From an uncultured Chloroflexia bacterium (lineage in GTDB: Bacteria > Chloroflexota > Limnocylindria > Limnocylindrales > CSP1-4), in NCBI GenBank assembly GCA_963727585.1, contig CAVSHH010000008.1, positions 6,134 to 70,133 on the forward strand: a DNA stretch of 64,000 nucleotides. The letters run 5' to 3'. Below the pieces are notes generated by a model, which had not been told where the DNA came from, did no database searches, and saw only the letters and a program-made list of their open reading frames with translations. Numbering within the stretch: position 1 is the first letter of the stretch; each line of letters begins with the position of its first letter. This document shows, in pieces, positions 18,105-27,544 of the stretch. A program made the position numbers and the translations under genes.

Positions 18105-18914
18105 CTAATCGGATGCCGCTCCCAGGGCGACCCGTATGGACACGACCTCGACCGACTCCACTCGTCCTCGAACCTGAACCGTGCGGCGCTCGAGCCTCCG
18201 GGTGTCGGCATCTGCGGCGGCAGCCGCCTCGAGCGAGACGAGGAGCTCGCCGGCGGCCGCTTGGCCGGCGAGCCGGGCCGCCGTGTTGACGGGATCGCCG
18301 AGCGCCGTGAAGTCGTTGACCACGTCGTCCGTCGCCGTCGAGCCGACGAACGCCCGGCCGGTGTGCACCGCGGCCCCGACCGGGATCGGACCGCTGGGCG
18401 TCGCATCACGTTGGCCGACGCGTGACAGCAGCTCGCGCCCGGCGGCCAGCGCGGCGGCCGCATGGTGGTCGCCGCTGATGCCGGCGAAGAACAGCCCGAT
18501 GACCTCGTCACCCACGAACTTGTCGACGACCCCGTCACTGGCCAGCACGGCACGCGACGTGAGCCGGTAGAAGCGGTCGAGGAACGCCCGGAACTCGGTC
18601 GGTGACAGGCGCTCGCCGATCGTCGTCGAGCCCCGGATGTCCGCGAACAGCAGGCTCACCGGGATTTCCGCTCCCTGCACCCCGATCCGCTGGAGATCCT
18701 TGATGCACCAGCCGCAGATCGACGGATTGCCCGCGAACCGGGCAAAGCCGACGTGCCGCAGCACGGCTCCGCCCGGCCCATTGAAGGGCGCCGCGCACAG
18801 CTTGCAGTTGGGACCGCTCGGCACTCGCCGGAAGACCCGCCGCAACGTGGCGCTCGCCGGGTTGTGGCCAGTCAGCAGCCGCTGCATCTCTTCCTGGGGC
18901 GTCCGCTTGCCCAT
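18105..18914 (-). CDS. Class III adenylate cyclase with N-terminal CxxC...CxxC module
   Basis: CKLC...ICGWC; LFADIRGST, DKFVGDEV, DFTALGDPVNTAARL. Confidence 0.9.
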   Translation of the reverse strand: MGKRTPQEEMQRLLTGHNPASATLRRVFRRVPSGPNCKLCAAPFNGPGGAVLRHVGFARFAGNPSICGWCIKDLQRIGVQGAEIPVSLLFADIRGSTTIGERLSPTEFRAFLDRFYRLTSRAVLASDGVVDKFVGDEVIGLFFAGISGDHHAAAALAAGRELLSRVGQRDATPSGPIPVGAAVHTGRAFVGSTATDDVVNDFTALGDPVNTAARLAGQAAAGELLVSLEAAAAADADTRRLERRTVQVRGRVESVEVVSIRVALGAASD

Positions 18915-19001
18915 GAATCGAGACTCTAGCCACGCAGGCGTGGACAGGCAATGGCGAGCGGGTCCAGGTCGCCGGGCCCGCGCGAGGGCCACGGTGCCGC
19001 C

Positions 19002-20246
19002 TCAGGGTGTGAGCGGCTGCAGCAGCCGGCGCGCGACGCTGGTCCAGCTCCAGCGGTCGACTGCGACCCGCCGTGCCGACGCGCGGATGGCCGCCCGGTC
19101 GTGGGGGCCGAGCCTGAGGAGCTCACCGAGCTTCGACCGCAGGTCATCGACGTCCCGCGGGGCGAAGCCGGCGAGGTGACGCAGCCCCGGCGGGTAGGCA
19201 TCGCCCAGGACGGCAGCCACCTCCTCGAGCCCGGAGTGGCGCGCGACCAGCGGTGGGCACCCGGTCGCGGCCGCTTCGGCGGCGACCATGCCGAACGCCT
19301 CGGGGAAGATCGACGGGACGACGCATACGTCGGCCAGGGCAAGCAGGTGCACCAGGTGCCGGTGCTCGAGCGGGCCCGTGAACAAGACGCTCTCGCCGGC
19401 GAGCCGCTCCAGCTCTGGACGCTGATCCCCGAAGCCGACGACGACGGTGCGCACCTCGAGGCCGCGGAGCGCCTCGAGGAGCAGGTGCACGCCCTTGTTC
19501 CGGATGAGCTTCCCGAAGTAGACGACCGTCGGCCGATCGCCATCGAGGAACCGCTCGAGGCGCTCGGCATTCTCGTGGTCGGGGAGTCGCTCGTCGAGGT
19601 TGGCCGGGTTTGGCGGGTCGCGTCGCGCCTCGGCCAGGAGGGAGGCGAGCGCCGTCGCTCGCGGCTCCGGTCTCCAGGCGTCGATGTCGACCCCCGGCGA
19701 GACCTCGTGGACTCGCTCGATGGGTCCGCACACCTCGTCGAGAACGCGGCGGACATGAGCGGAGCCGACGAAGGTCGCCGCCGCCAGGCGCAGACTGTCC
19801 CGCCCCCACGCGGCGAGAGTCGGGTTGTCCCGCATGGTGTACTCGAGCTCCGAGCCGTGCGCCTTCACGGCGAAGCGGGCGCCGCTCGCCACGCCCACCG
19901 GCCCACCGAGCAGGACGTGGTTGCAGAACACGACGTCGGTGGGCAGGTGCTCGGCCACGGCCCGCGCGTTCGCCTCGACCCAGCGATCGAGCTCGTCGGC
20001 ACGACAATCCTGGATGCGCCTGACCTCGTAGCCCTCGTAGCGGTCGAGCACGAACACCGGCAGCAGCCCATCGACATCCGGGCGGACGACGCGGGCGCCG
20101 CCGAGGTCGTAGGCCTCGGGGCGCGGCTCCTGGCAGAACACCACGACGTCGTGTCCCGCCTGCGTCCATGCCCGAGCCAGCTGCCGCGTGTAGACGTTGG
20201 AGCCGGTTCCGCCGAGCAGGTAGCCGTGCCACAGGAGGATCCGCAT
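19002..20246 (-). CDS. Glycosyltransferase family 4
   Basis: GTGSNVY, YFGKLIRNKG, PSIFPEAFGMVAAEA (EX7E). Confidence 0.9.
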   Translation of the reverse strand: MRILLWHGYLLGGTGSNVYTRQLARAWTQAGHDVVVFCQEPRPEAYDLGGARVVRPDVDGLLPVFVLDRYEGYEVRRIQDCRADELDRWVEANARAVAEHLPTDVVFCNHVLLGGPVGVASGARFAVKAHGSELEYTMRDNPTLAAWGRDSLRLAAATFVGSAHVRRVLDEVCGPIERVHEVSPGVDIDAWRPEPRATALASLLAEARRDPPNPANLDERLPDHENAERLERFLDGDRPTVVYFGKLIRNKGVHLLLEALRGLEVRTVVVGFGDQRPELERLAGESVLFTGPLEHRHLVHLLALADVCVVPSIFPEAFGMVAAEAAATGCPPLVARHSGLEEVAAVLGDAYPPGLRHLAGFAPRDVDDLRSKLGELLRLGPHDRAAIRASARRVAVDRWSWTSVARRLLQPLTP

Positions 20247-20363
20247 GCGCCCATCCTGCCCGAACGTGGCCGGCGGCGGCGCACGTTGCCGCGGGCAGTG
20301 CCAGCTGCAGGACGCCGCCGGCCGGGTGCCGGTGATGCGGCGCAGGGTCCATGCCGGCGCTGC

Positions 20364-20550
20364 TCAGGCGCGCAGCGTCCCCGCAGCCGCGAACGACATC
20401 GCGCGCTGGAGGGCAGCCGCGCGCATGCCGTCAGGAATTGGGACAGGCCCCCCGATCAGGGATGCGTTGATGGCCGCCTGCGTCGCCTCCTCGACGACAC
20501 TCGCGACGAGCACGGTCAGGTCCGGCGTCACACATCCCAGCACGTCGTGC
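20364..20550 (-). pseudogene. C-terminal remnant resembling a class II aldolase/adducin protein
   Basis: TPDLTVLVASVVEEATQAAINASLIGGPVPIP...RAAALQRAMSF; no intact N-terminus. Confidence 0.45.
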
Positions 20551-20738
20551 GTCGCCCGGGACAGCCTCCGAGTCAGCGCGCATACTTGCCCGACCGACGG
20601 GCAGGCACAGGACCCATGGGGGTCCCACTCGCGCGGCGTCCCCACCCGGTCGCCTCGACCGTCGCGCGGGGGCCAATGGCGAGACCGAGCCCGTCCGGGC
20701 GAGTGCGTCCTGCACCCAGAAAGGCCATGGGGCACGAC

Positions 20739-20965
20739 ATGTCCACCGACTACGCGGCCGTGGCGCGACGGCTGTACGACCTGATCAACGCCGGAGACAT
20801 CGACGGGTTCGGCACGCTCCTCGCGGACGACTTCGTCGAGCACGAGGAGACGCCCGGCCTGGCACCCACCAGGACGACGGCCGCGCGCACGAGCACTGGG
20901 GCGTCATGGACTCACTGGCCATGATGCAGCAGCTCGGTGCCGTGCCGGCGGGTGCTCCCGCCTAG
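20739..20965 (+). pseudogene. SnoaL-like ester cyclase with internal deletion and frameshift
   Basis: N-terminus MSTDYAAVARRLYDLINAGDIDGFGTLLADDFVEHE joined out of frame to C-terminus DDGRAHEHWGVMDSLAMMQQLG*; middle of the fold missing. Confidence 0.75.
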
Positions 20966-21073
20966 GCTGAGGCGAGCAAATGCCACGTTCGCGCCCGGCC
21001 CGGCGGGACGGCCGGGCCCACCGGATCAGCTTGACCGCCATCCTGGCGACGGCATGGGAGCATCCACACCACG

Positions 21074-22789
21074 ATGAGCCAGCAGCGTTCCGACATGGTG
21101 GCCCTCAATGCGGACGTGGTCGGCTACAGCCGGCTCATTGCCGACGACCTCGCGACGACGACGACGACGATGGACGAGTACCGGGCACTCGTCGTGGCAC
21201 GTGTCGGGGAGACCCGCGGGACCCTCGTCAACTTCGTGGGTGACAACTTCATGGCGGTCTTCGATGACGCCATGGACGCGATGCGGACGGCGATCTCGAT
21301 CACAACCGAGGTCGAGGCCCGGAACGCCGGGCTCGCTGTGTCACGCTGGCTGCGGTTCCGGATGGGCCTGGACCAGGGTGCCGTCGCTGTCTCCGACGGC
21401 GACCACTTCGGCGACGCCCTCAACATCGCGGCTCGCATCCAGGCCATCGCGCCGGCGGGCGGAATCAGCGTTTCGGGACGGGTCTACCGCGCCCTGGACG
21501 AGCCCGCATTGCGCTTCCGGTCCATCGGCCGGCAGCAGCTCAAGAACATCCCCGAGGCGGTCGAGGTCTACGAGTTCTCCGACCTCCCCGGCGATGGGTC
21601 GGCCCCGTCGGCACGGCGGCCGCTCGCCCTCGAGTCGCCCGTCGTCGCCGTCCTGCCCATCCACGCCGACACCGTGGATTCCCCGGTGCGAGCCGCCGCC
21701 GACGTCCTTCGATCCGACCTGATCCACCGTCTCGCCAGGATCCCGCAGCTGAAGGTGATCGACGCCAGGAGCGAGCCTGCCGGCGGGGACGTCCACCAGA
21801 CGGCCCGGTACATGCTCGAGACCGGCGTCCACCAGGCCGGCGACAACATCCGGGTCTACGCGGAGATCCTGGACGTGACGTCCATCAACGTGGTCAAGGC
21901 GCTCAAGTGGACCGCGCGGGCGGCGGACCTGTTCCCCATGTCCGAGTCCATCGCGGACGAGGTGGGCCGTGCGATCGAGGTCGACCTTGTGGTCGGTGAG
22001 CCCGCCGGGCTGTACGCGGACCTCGATGACCCGGAGGCGATCGAGCAGGTCTACCTCGGCTGGTACCAGCTCACCACGAGCACGCCCGAGGGGTGGGCCC
22101 GGTCCCTCGAGTACTTCGGCAAGGTCGCTCGCTCCCATCCCGAGCGGCCCTACGGTCACGTGCTGAGCGCGTTCGCGAACTGGATGGGCGCCAGCAACGG
22201 GTGGGCCCGGGACCCGGAGGCGACCCTGCGCCTCGCGAGGGAGCAGCTGAAGGCCGGGCAGGAGGTGGGCGACCAGACGGGCATGGCCCCGATGGTCGAG
22301 GCCGCGATCCTGATGTCCGAGCGCCGCGGGCAGGAAGCGCTGGAGCTGATCGAGAACGCGGAGATCCTGCGGCCCACCTGCGACGCCACCTATGGCTTGG
22401 CCGGCAGCGTCCGGCGCTACCTCGGCCAATGGGATCAGGCGATCGACCTGACCGACAAGGCGATGCGGCTGACCGGCGTCAACAAGCCCTGGTATCCCAC
22501 GGTGCAGGCCTGTTCGCTGTTCCTCGGCGGTCGGGTCGAGCAGGCGGCGTCAGTGGCCGAGATGGTGCTCGAGCACCAGCCGCAGAACCTGGAAGCGCTG
22601 CTCGTCCTGGCGGCGGCCCAGGTGGAGCTGGGGCTGGACCGGCGGGCCCGGGCGACGGCCGCGCTGATCCGGGAGCGGTATCCGACGGTGGACGTCGGAG
22701 CGTGGCTCGACGCCAACCCATACCAGACCCAGGACCTGGTCGACCGCTGGCGGGACGACCTCGTGGCCGCGGGGGCGATGGTCGGCTGA
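21074..22789 (+). CDS. Class III cyclase-TolB-like-TPR protein
   Basis: ADVVGYSRL, NFVGDNFMA, FRMGL, FGDALNIAARI, LKNI; VAVLP segment; helical TPR-like C-terminus. Confidence 0.88.
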   Translation: MSQQRSDMVALNADVVGYSRLIADDLATTTTTMDEYRALVVARVGETRGTLVNFVGDNFMAVFDDAMDAMRTAISITTEVEARNAGLAVSRWLRFRMGLDQGAVAVSDGDHFGDALNIAARIQAIAPAGGISVSGRVYRALDEPALRFRSIGRQQLKNIPEAVEVYEFSDLPGDGSAPSARRPLALESPVVAVLPIHADTVDSPVRAAADVLRSDLIHRLARIPQLKVIDARSEPAGGDVHQTARYMLETGVHQAGDNIRVYAEILDVTSINVVKALKWTARAADLFPMSESIADEVGRAIEVDLVVGEPAGLYADLDDPEAIEQVYLGWYQLTTSTPEGWARSLEYFGKVARSHPERPYGHVLSAFANWMGASNGWARDPEATLRLAREQLKAGQEVGDQTGMAPMVEAAILMSERRGQEALELIENAEILRPTCDATYGLAGSVRRYLGQWDQAIDLTDKAMRLTGVNKPWYPTVQACSLFLGGRVEQAASVAEMVLEHQPQNLEALLVLAAAQVELGLDRRARATAALIRERYPTVDVGAWLDANPYQTQDLVDRWRDDLVAAGAMVG

Positions 22790-22820
22790 TCGCGCGCCCG
22801 GCGGCCGTATCGCGGTCTCG

Positions 22821-23414
22821 TCATTCGCGAGCGGCGGGCGGCGGCGCCATGAGGTAGCCGCCGAAGGCGAGCATCCACAGCATGGCGGGGGCCACGATCA
22901 TCCGCTCCGCGCCCCCGTGCCCGATCGGTCCGAACGCCGCCGCGTTCCCTGCGTCACCGATCACCATCAGCACCACGAACAGGAGGCCGATCGCCCCGGC
23001 CGGGAGCGACACGAGCCGCATCGGCCCGCTCACGATCGACGTCACCGCGAGTGCCTGGAGGTTGAAGGCCAGGAACGCGAGCAGCGCGAACAGCCCGTGC
23101 GGGCCACTGCTGCCCAGGGGGACGATGCCGGCCCCGATGGCACCGGCGCCGGCCACAACGAACAGGGGCAGGATCCAGGGCCGTTGGAAGGTGCGGAGCA
23201 GCAGCCACCCGCCGACGATGTTGAGCACCCCGACGGCGACCAGGGACGCGTTGAACAGGAGTGCCGTCTCAGCGATCGCCCCGAGATCCGAGATCGCTCC
23301 CCCACGGATGTCGTAGCCGGGAGCCATCGATGGCGCGATCATGAGCACCGTCACGAACTGGGCCGCGAGGACGAACAGGACAACGCCTGCGACTCGCCGG
23401 TCCGCGGTCCGCAT
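22821..23414 (-). CDS. DUF998 family membrane protein
   Basis: PGYDIRGGAISDLGA, H-containing TM, GGAERM motif; 5 TM. Confidence 0.8.
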   Translation of the reverse strand: MRTADRRVAGVVLFVLAAQFVTVLMIAPSMAPGYDIRGGAISDLGAIAETALLFNASLVAVGVLNIVGGWLLLRTFQRPWILPLFVVAGAGAIGAGIVPLGSSGPHGLFALLAFLAFNLQALAVTSIVSGPMRLVSLPAGAIGLLFVVLMVIGDAGNAAAFGPIGHGGAERMIVAPAMLWMLAFGGYLMAPPPAARE

Positions 23415-23658
23415 CGTCCTCGTTCCCTTCCGCGCGGTCGCCCGATGTCATCCGGGCGAGCGACGGCCCGGTGGACGCGCGCATCACCATATCCACCCCG
23501 GCGGTGGTGCGCCATGCCGAACGACAGGGACCGTTCGGGATGGGCGACAGGGCATCGACCGGACGAGCAGCCCGGGTCCCGGGCAGCCGCAGCCGCGGCC
23601 CGCCCGGGCAGATCGATGGTCGCCGCCGGTGGCAGGTGGAGGCGACCTCGCCGGTCCG

Positions 23659-24033
23659 CTAGGCGAAGAAGTCGACGATGGCCTGGGTGTCGTCCGAGAA
23701 TGCCCACCGCTCGGTGACCTGCCCGTCGCGAACGTGGTAGATCTCCGCCGTGCGATACGTCAGCGAGCGGTCGCCGCGCGTGGCATGCGCCGTCCCGAGC
23801 GCGATCGCATGCTCATCGTTGGCAACGACGTCGTGGATCTCGTAGGTGATGCTGGAGCCCGCGAAGTCGCCCATCGACGCCGCCAGCTCCGCCTTGCCGC
23901 GGCGCGGCTGGTCGGTGCCGATCTCGTGCCACACGACATCATCGGCAACCCGGCTGGCGGCGCCGTCCATGTCGCCCTCGCTCATCGCTTCGTTCATCTC
24001 GCGAACGAGCTTCGCGTTCGGGTGCTCGGCCAT
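23659..24033 (-). CDS. SnoaL/NTF2-like protein
   Basis: EHPNAKLVR...ADDVVWH...HDVVANDEH...YHVRDGQVTERW; GGAGG RBS. Confidence 0.88.
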   Translation of the reverse strand: MAEHPNAKLVREMNEAMSEGDMDGAASRVADDVVWHEIGTDQPRRGKAELAASMGDFAGSSITYEIHDVVANDEHAIALGTAHATRGDRSLTYRTAEIYHVRDGQVTERWAFSDDTQAIVDFFA

Positions 24034-24254
24034 GTCCATCCTCCGTCGAGCCGGCGCGCGGACGGCGATCGCGCGTGGGGACGCCGCCGACCCAGACCAC
24101 GAAAGCGTACGCGGTGTCGCAACCCGCCGGCCAGGATCGTGGGGGCGCTCGACCCACGCCTTGTCCGCCAACGCGGCGGCATCCGTTCCGCGCTGGGTCC
24201 GTTCACCCGCCCGGCTGGACAGGGCACCGGCATGGCCCTGGCGCGCCCCCGGGA

Positions 24255-24545
24255 TCAGGCGGCGTAACCCCCCCGGTACCGACTCCGATTGCCGTAGGCA
24301 CCACCGGTCCAGCTGAACACGTCGATGACGATGGCGAGCCCCAGCCAGAGGAGGTCCAGGCCCTCGATCCCGCCCTGAAACACGGCGACGTAGACGAGGG
24401 TCGTGAACGGGAAGAACAGGAACCCAAGCAACGGCCACACGAACGTGTCGAAGGCCGCACCCCAGCGGACCGGGTCGAGCAGCCACCAGACGAAGATCGC
24501 GGCCCGCGGGCCAAGCATCACCAGCGTGGTGAACAGACAGCACAT
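24255..24545 (-). CDS. Small membrane protein
   Basis: MCCL...GPR...WPLLGFLFFPFTTLVY; 3 TM, coding-like composition. Confidence 0.8.
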   Translation of the reverse strand: MCCLFTTLVMLGPRAAIFVWWLLDPVRWGAAFDTFVWPLLGFLFFPFTTLVYVAVFQGGIEGLDLLWLGLAIVIDVFSWTGGAYGNRSRYRGGYAA

Positions 24546-24662
24546 CGGTCGACCTGCCTTGCGTCACGCCGCCCGCGCCGGGCGGGTCCGTCCTCATCCT
24601 ACTCGCGCCAGGGGACGCAGGTCAGGTCCGCCCGACGCGCAGTCGACGGTCGCCGAAACCGA

Positions 24663-25829
24663 TCATCCCGCCCGGGCCGGCGTGGGGTCGCCGGAACCGC
24701 CACCCGCCACCAGCCGGTAGCCGACCGGCGCGAACGTGGCCGTCAAGGCGGCCAGCAGGATGATGATCGCCTCGAGGCCAGGTGTGATGACCCCCAGCTC
24801 CACACCGATCCGCGCGACGACGATGATCAGCGACAGGCGGGCCGAGAGGAGCACCCCCGCGGCGGCGCCGGAGCGCAGCCCGTGCCGCCGGCCCAGGATC
24901 GTGACCGCCGGGATGATCTTCACGGCGAAGGCCAGCACCAGCAGGACGGCCGCCAACGCGATCGCCGACGGGTCGCCCACCGTCGACAGGCTGAAGCTGA
25001 GCCCCACCCCGATGAAGAAGATCGGGATCAGGAACCCGTAGGCGAGTCCGTCGAGCGTGTGATCCAGCTCGCCGCGGTGCCGGAAGACCGTCGCCACGCC
25101 TGTCCCGGCAAGGAATGCACCGAGGGCCGGCTCGATCCCGAGGGCCGCCGCCAGCCCTGCCCCGGCGAGCACCATGGCCATCGCGAACCGCACGCCCAAC
25201 GCCTCTGGGTCGTGACGGTCGAAGAACCGGACGAACGGCTCCGGCCACCACCAGGCGACCATCCGAAGGAGGACGAACACGGCAACCACGAGGCCGATGA
25301 ACAAGGGAAAGGCGAGCAGCTGCGGACTGGCCCCGACCCGCACCCAGAGCGCGACCAGCGAGACCGCCACCAGGGTCGCGAAGTCGGCGATCAGCGCCGC
25401 CATCAGGATGTCCTGGCCGAGCGCGGAGGCGAGCGCCCGGCCGGACCGCAAGGTGGGCACGACGAGCCCCACCGACGTCGTGGCAAGGACGAGGGTCATG
25501 AAGACCCCGAGCCCCAGTGCCAGGGAGCCCGCCGCCGCGAGGGCCAGGGTGAGGGCGAACACCAGGCCGCCCCGGAGCACCGGCCGGGGGCCGGACCGCT
25601 CGAACAACCGCAGGTCGATCTCGAATCCGGCCAGGAACAACAGCAGCAGGAAGCCGAGCTCGCCCAGGGAGTCGACCAGCGGATCGGCGCCCACGAGGTG
25701 CAGCACCGGGCCGACGAGGATGCCGAACACGATCTCGAGCACGACGGCCGGGAGCCGGATCATGGTCGCCAGCGGCGGCAGCCCCAGGGCGGCCAGGGCG
25801 ATGACCAGGAGCGCGCTGGACTCGCTCAT
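24663..25829 (-). CDS. Cation:proton antiporter (CPA2)
   Basis: ~12 TM; LFLAGFEID, TTSVGLVVP, ADFAT, LGAFLAG, PIFFIGVG. Confidence 0.9.
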   Translation of the reverse strand: MSESSALLVIALAALGLPPLATMIRLPAVVLEIVFGILVGPVLHLVGADPLVDSLGELGFLLLLFLAGFEIDLRLFERSGPRPVLRGGLVFALTLALAAAGSLALGLGVFMTLVLATTSVGLVVPTLRSGRALASALGQDILMAALIADFATLVAVSLVALWVRVGASPQLLAFPLFIGLVVAVFVLLRMVAWWWPEPFVRFFDRHDPEALGVRFAMAMVLAGAGLAAALGIEPALGAFLAGTGVATVFRHRGELDHTLDGLAYGFLIPIFFIGVGLSFSLSTVGDPSAIALAAVLLVLAFAVKIIPAVTILGRRHGLRSGAAAGVLLSARLSLIIVVARIGVELGVITPGLEAIIILLAALTATFAPVGYRLVAGGGSGDPTPARAG

Positions 25830-27253
25830 TGCCGCCCGGGATCGGGAGGCACCACCAGCAGCGAACCCCGTCGACCCGCGGCGACGGCCGCGGTGAAGCC
25901 CGGGCGCATCAGGTGCCCCGGGCGGTCGCCATAGCTGAGCACGAGCAGCGCGGCCGGCGAGACGGCGCGGAACAGGCGAACCGGGTTCGAACGCACGATC
26001 CGCCCGGTCACCTCCACGCCACGCACGGACCCCTCGTCGCGCAGCCGGATCACGGCCTCGCGGACCAAGCGCTCGTCGTCGTCGGTCACCAGGAAGCGCG
26101 GGGTCGAGGCACCCAGCGCTTCGACCGCGATGGCGTTGTGGACGGCAAGGTCGAGCGCGGTCCAGGCTGCCTCCCAGGCGCCCTCGCTGTCGCGGGCGGG
26201 AATGACCAGCCGTTCGTATCGGGGCGTGCCGGCAGCGAGCAGGGCCGGGACACCGGTGACCGCAAGCATCCGGAGCAACGAGACCGAGGCCCGCAGGCCG
26301 CGCGGCGCCGGGACCACGAGGCAGCCCAGGTGCGCGCGCTCGCGAAGCGCGGCGAGATCGCTTGGTCCCACCTGCTCACCCGCCCCCTCCGCGAGCTCGA
26401 TGATGGGACCGAGCGACTCGAGGGTCTCGAGCCGCGCGTCGAGCCGCTCGGCGGAGGCCTCATCGAGCTTCGAGCGCCGCGGATGGATGACGACGAGCGC
26501 CTCCGCGGCCGTCAGCCGGGTGAAGGTCGCGGCCTCGGCGAGCACCTGGTCGTCATCGGAGGTCAGGGCCACGCCGACGCGTCGCCCGTGGTGGAGCGGG
26601 AACCGAGCCTCGCCCTCGGTGAACACGCGGACCATGGCGGCATGATCCGAGGCCGGACCGACGACCGTGACCCGGTCGCCCGGAGCGAGCATGGTCCCGC
26701 CGTGCGGGATGACGAGCCGACCGTCGCGCAGCACCGCGACCACCAGCCAGCCATGGAGGCCCAGGTCGACGAGCGAGCGAGCGGCCAGCGTCGAGTCGGG
26801 CGCCAGCCGGAACTCGATCGCCTCGGCGAGCCCGTCGGCGAAGGCGGCGGACTCCACGCGCCGTGGCTCGAGCGTGAGCTCGACGCGGCGGGCGGCCAGG
26901 CGGTCCGGCGAGATGGCCGTGACACCGAGGCGGGTGAACTCTGCCAGGCGAGAGGGCGACACCACCATCGCCGCCACCCGCGGCACCTCCGCGGCCCGGG
27001 CAAGCCGGCACACCTCCAGCGCGATGTCGTCATCCCGGATCGCGATCACGACGGCGTCCGCGGCGGCAAGACCCGCCCGCTCGAGGGTCACCCGGCTGGA
27101 CCCGTCACCGTGGATCGTCGTGATCGAGCGGGTCGCCGCGAGGGACGCCAGGCGATCGTCGTCGACGTCGATCGCGGTCACGCTCCAGTGCTCGCCCAGT
27201 CGCTCCAGGATCGCGCGCCCCACGCCACCCGCACCCACCAGGATCGCGCGCAA
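25826..27253 (-). CDS. TrkA/KTN (RCK_N plus RCK_C) protein with C-terminal USP-like domains
   Basis: GAGGVG, GDGS, RDGRLVIPHG...GDRV; USP-like end SLLVVP; overlaps the antiporter start. Confidence 0.85.
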   Translation of the reverse strand: MRAILVGAGGVGRAILERLGEHWSVTAIDVDDDRLASLAATRSITTIHGDGSSRVTLERAGLAAADAVVIAIRDDDIALEVCRLARAAEVPRVAAMVVSPSRLAEFTRLGVTAISPDRLAARRVELTLEPRRVESAAFADGLAEAIEFRLAPDSTLAARSLVDLGLHGWLVVAVLRDGRLVIPHGGTMLAPGDRVTVVGPASDHAAMVRVFTEGEARFPLHHGRRVGVALTSDDDQVLAEAATFTRLTAAEALVVIHPRRSKLDEASAERLDARLETLESLGPIIELAEGAGEQVGPSDLAALRERAHLGCLVVPAPRGLRASVSLLRMLAVTGVPALLAAGTPRYERLVIPARDSEGAWEAAWTALDLAVHNAIAVEALGASTPRFLVTDDDERLVREAVIRLRDEGSVRGVEVTGRIVRSNPVRLFRAVSPAALLVLSYGDRPGHLMRPGFTAAVAAGRRGSLLVVPPDPGRQ

Positions 27254-27544
27254 CCTGCACCTCCGCGTCCGGCCACCGGCCGCCGCTGCAGCCCCGTCCG
27301 AAGCCTACCCGACGGCGGAAGGGACACTCACGACTCGCCCGTCGGAATCGCTCGACGCCCGGCAGCCAGGTGGGTCAAGATCAATGGCGCCGTAGGGCCC
27401 GTGCCAATGGCCCTTGCCTCCCGGGCGTTCCGGCCCGAGGGTAGCCTCCATCCGGTGGGCTGGGATTCAACCCGTCCGCCCGCCTTCGACTCGGTCGTCC
27501 CGCGGGACCGGCCGATGCGCCCGTGAACACGAGGATGGATACCG

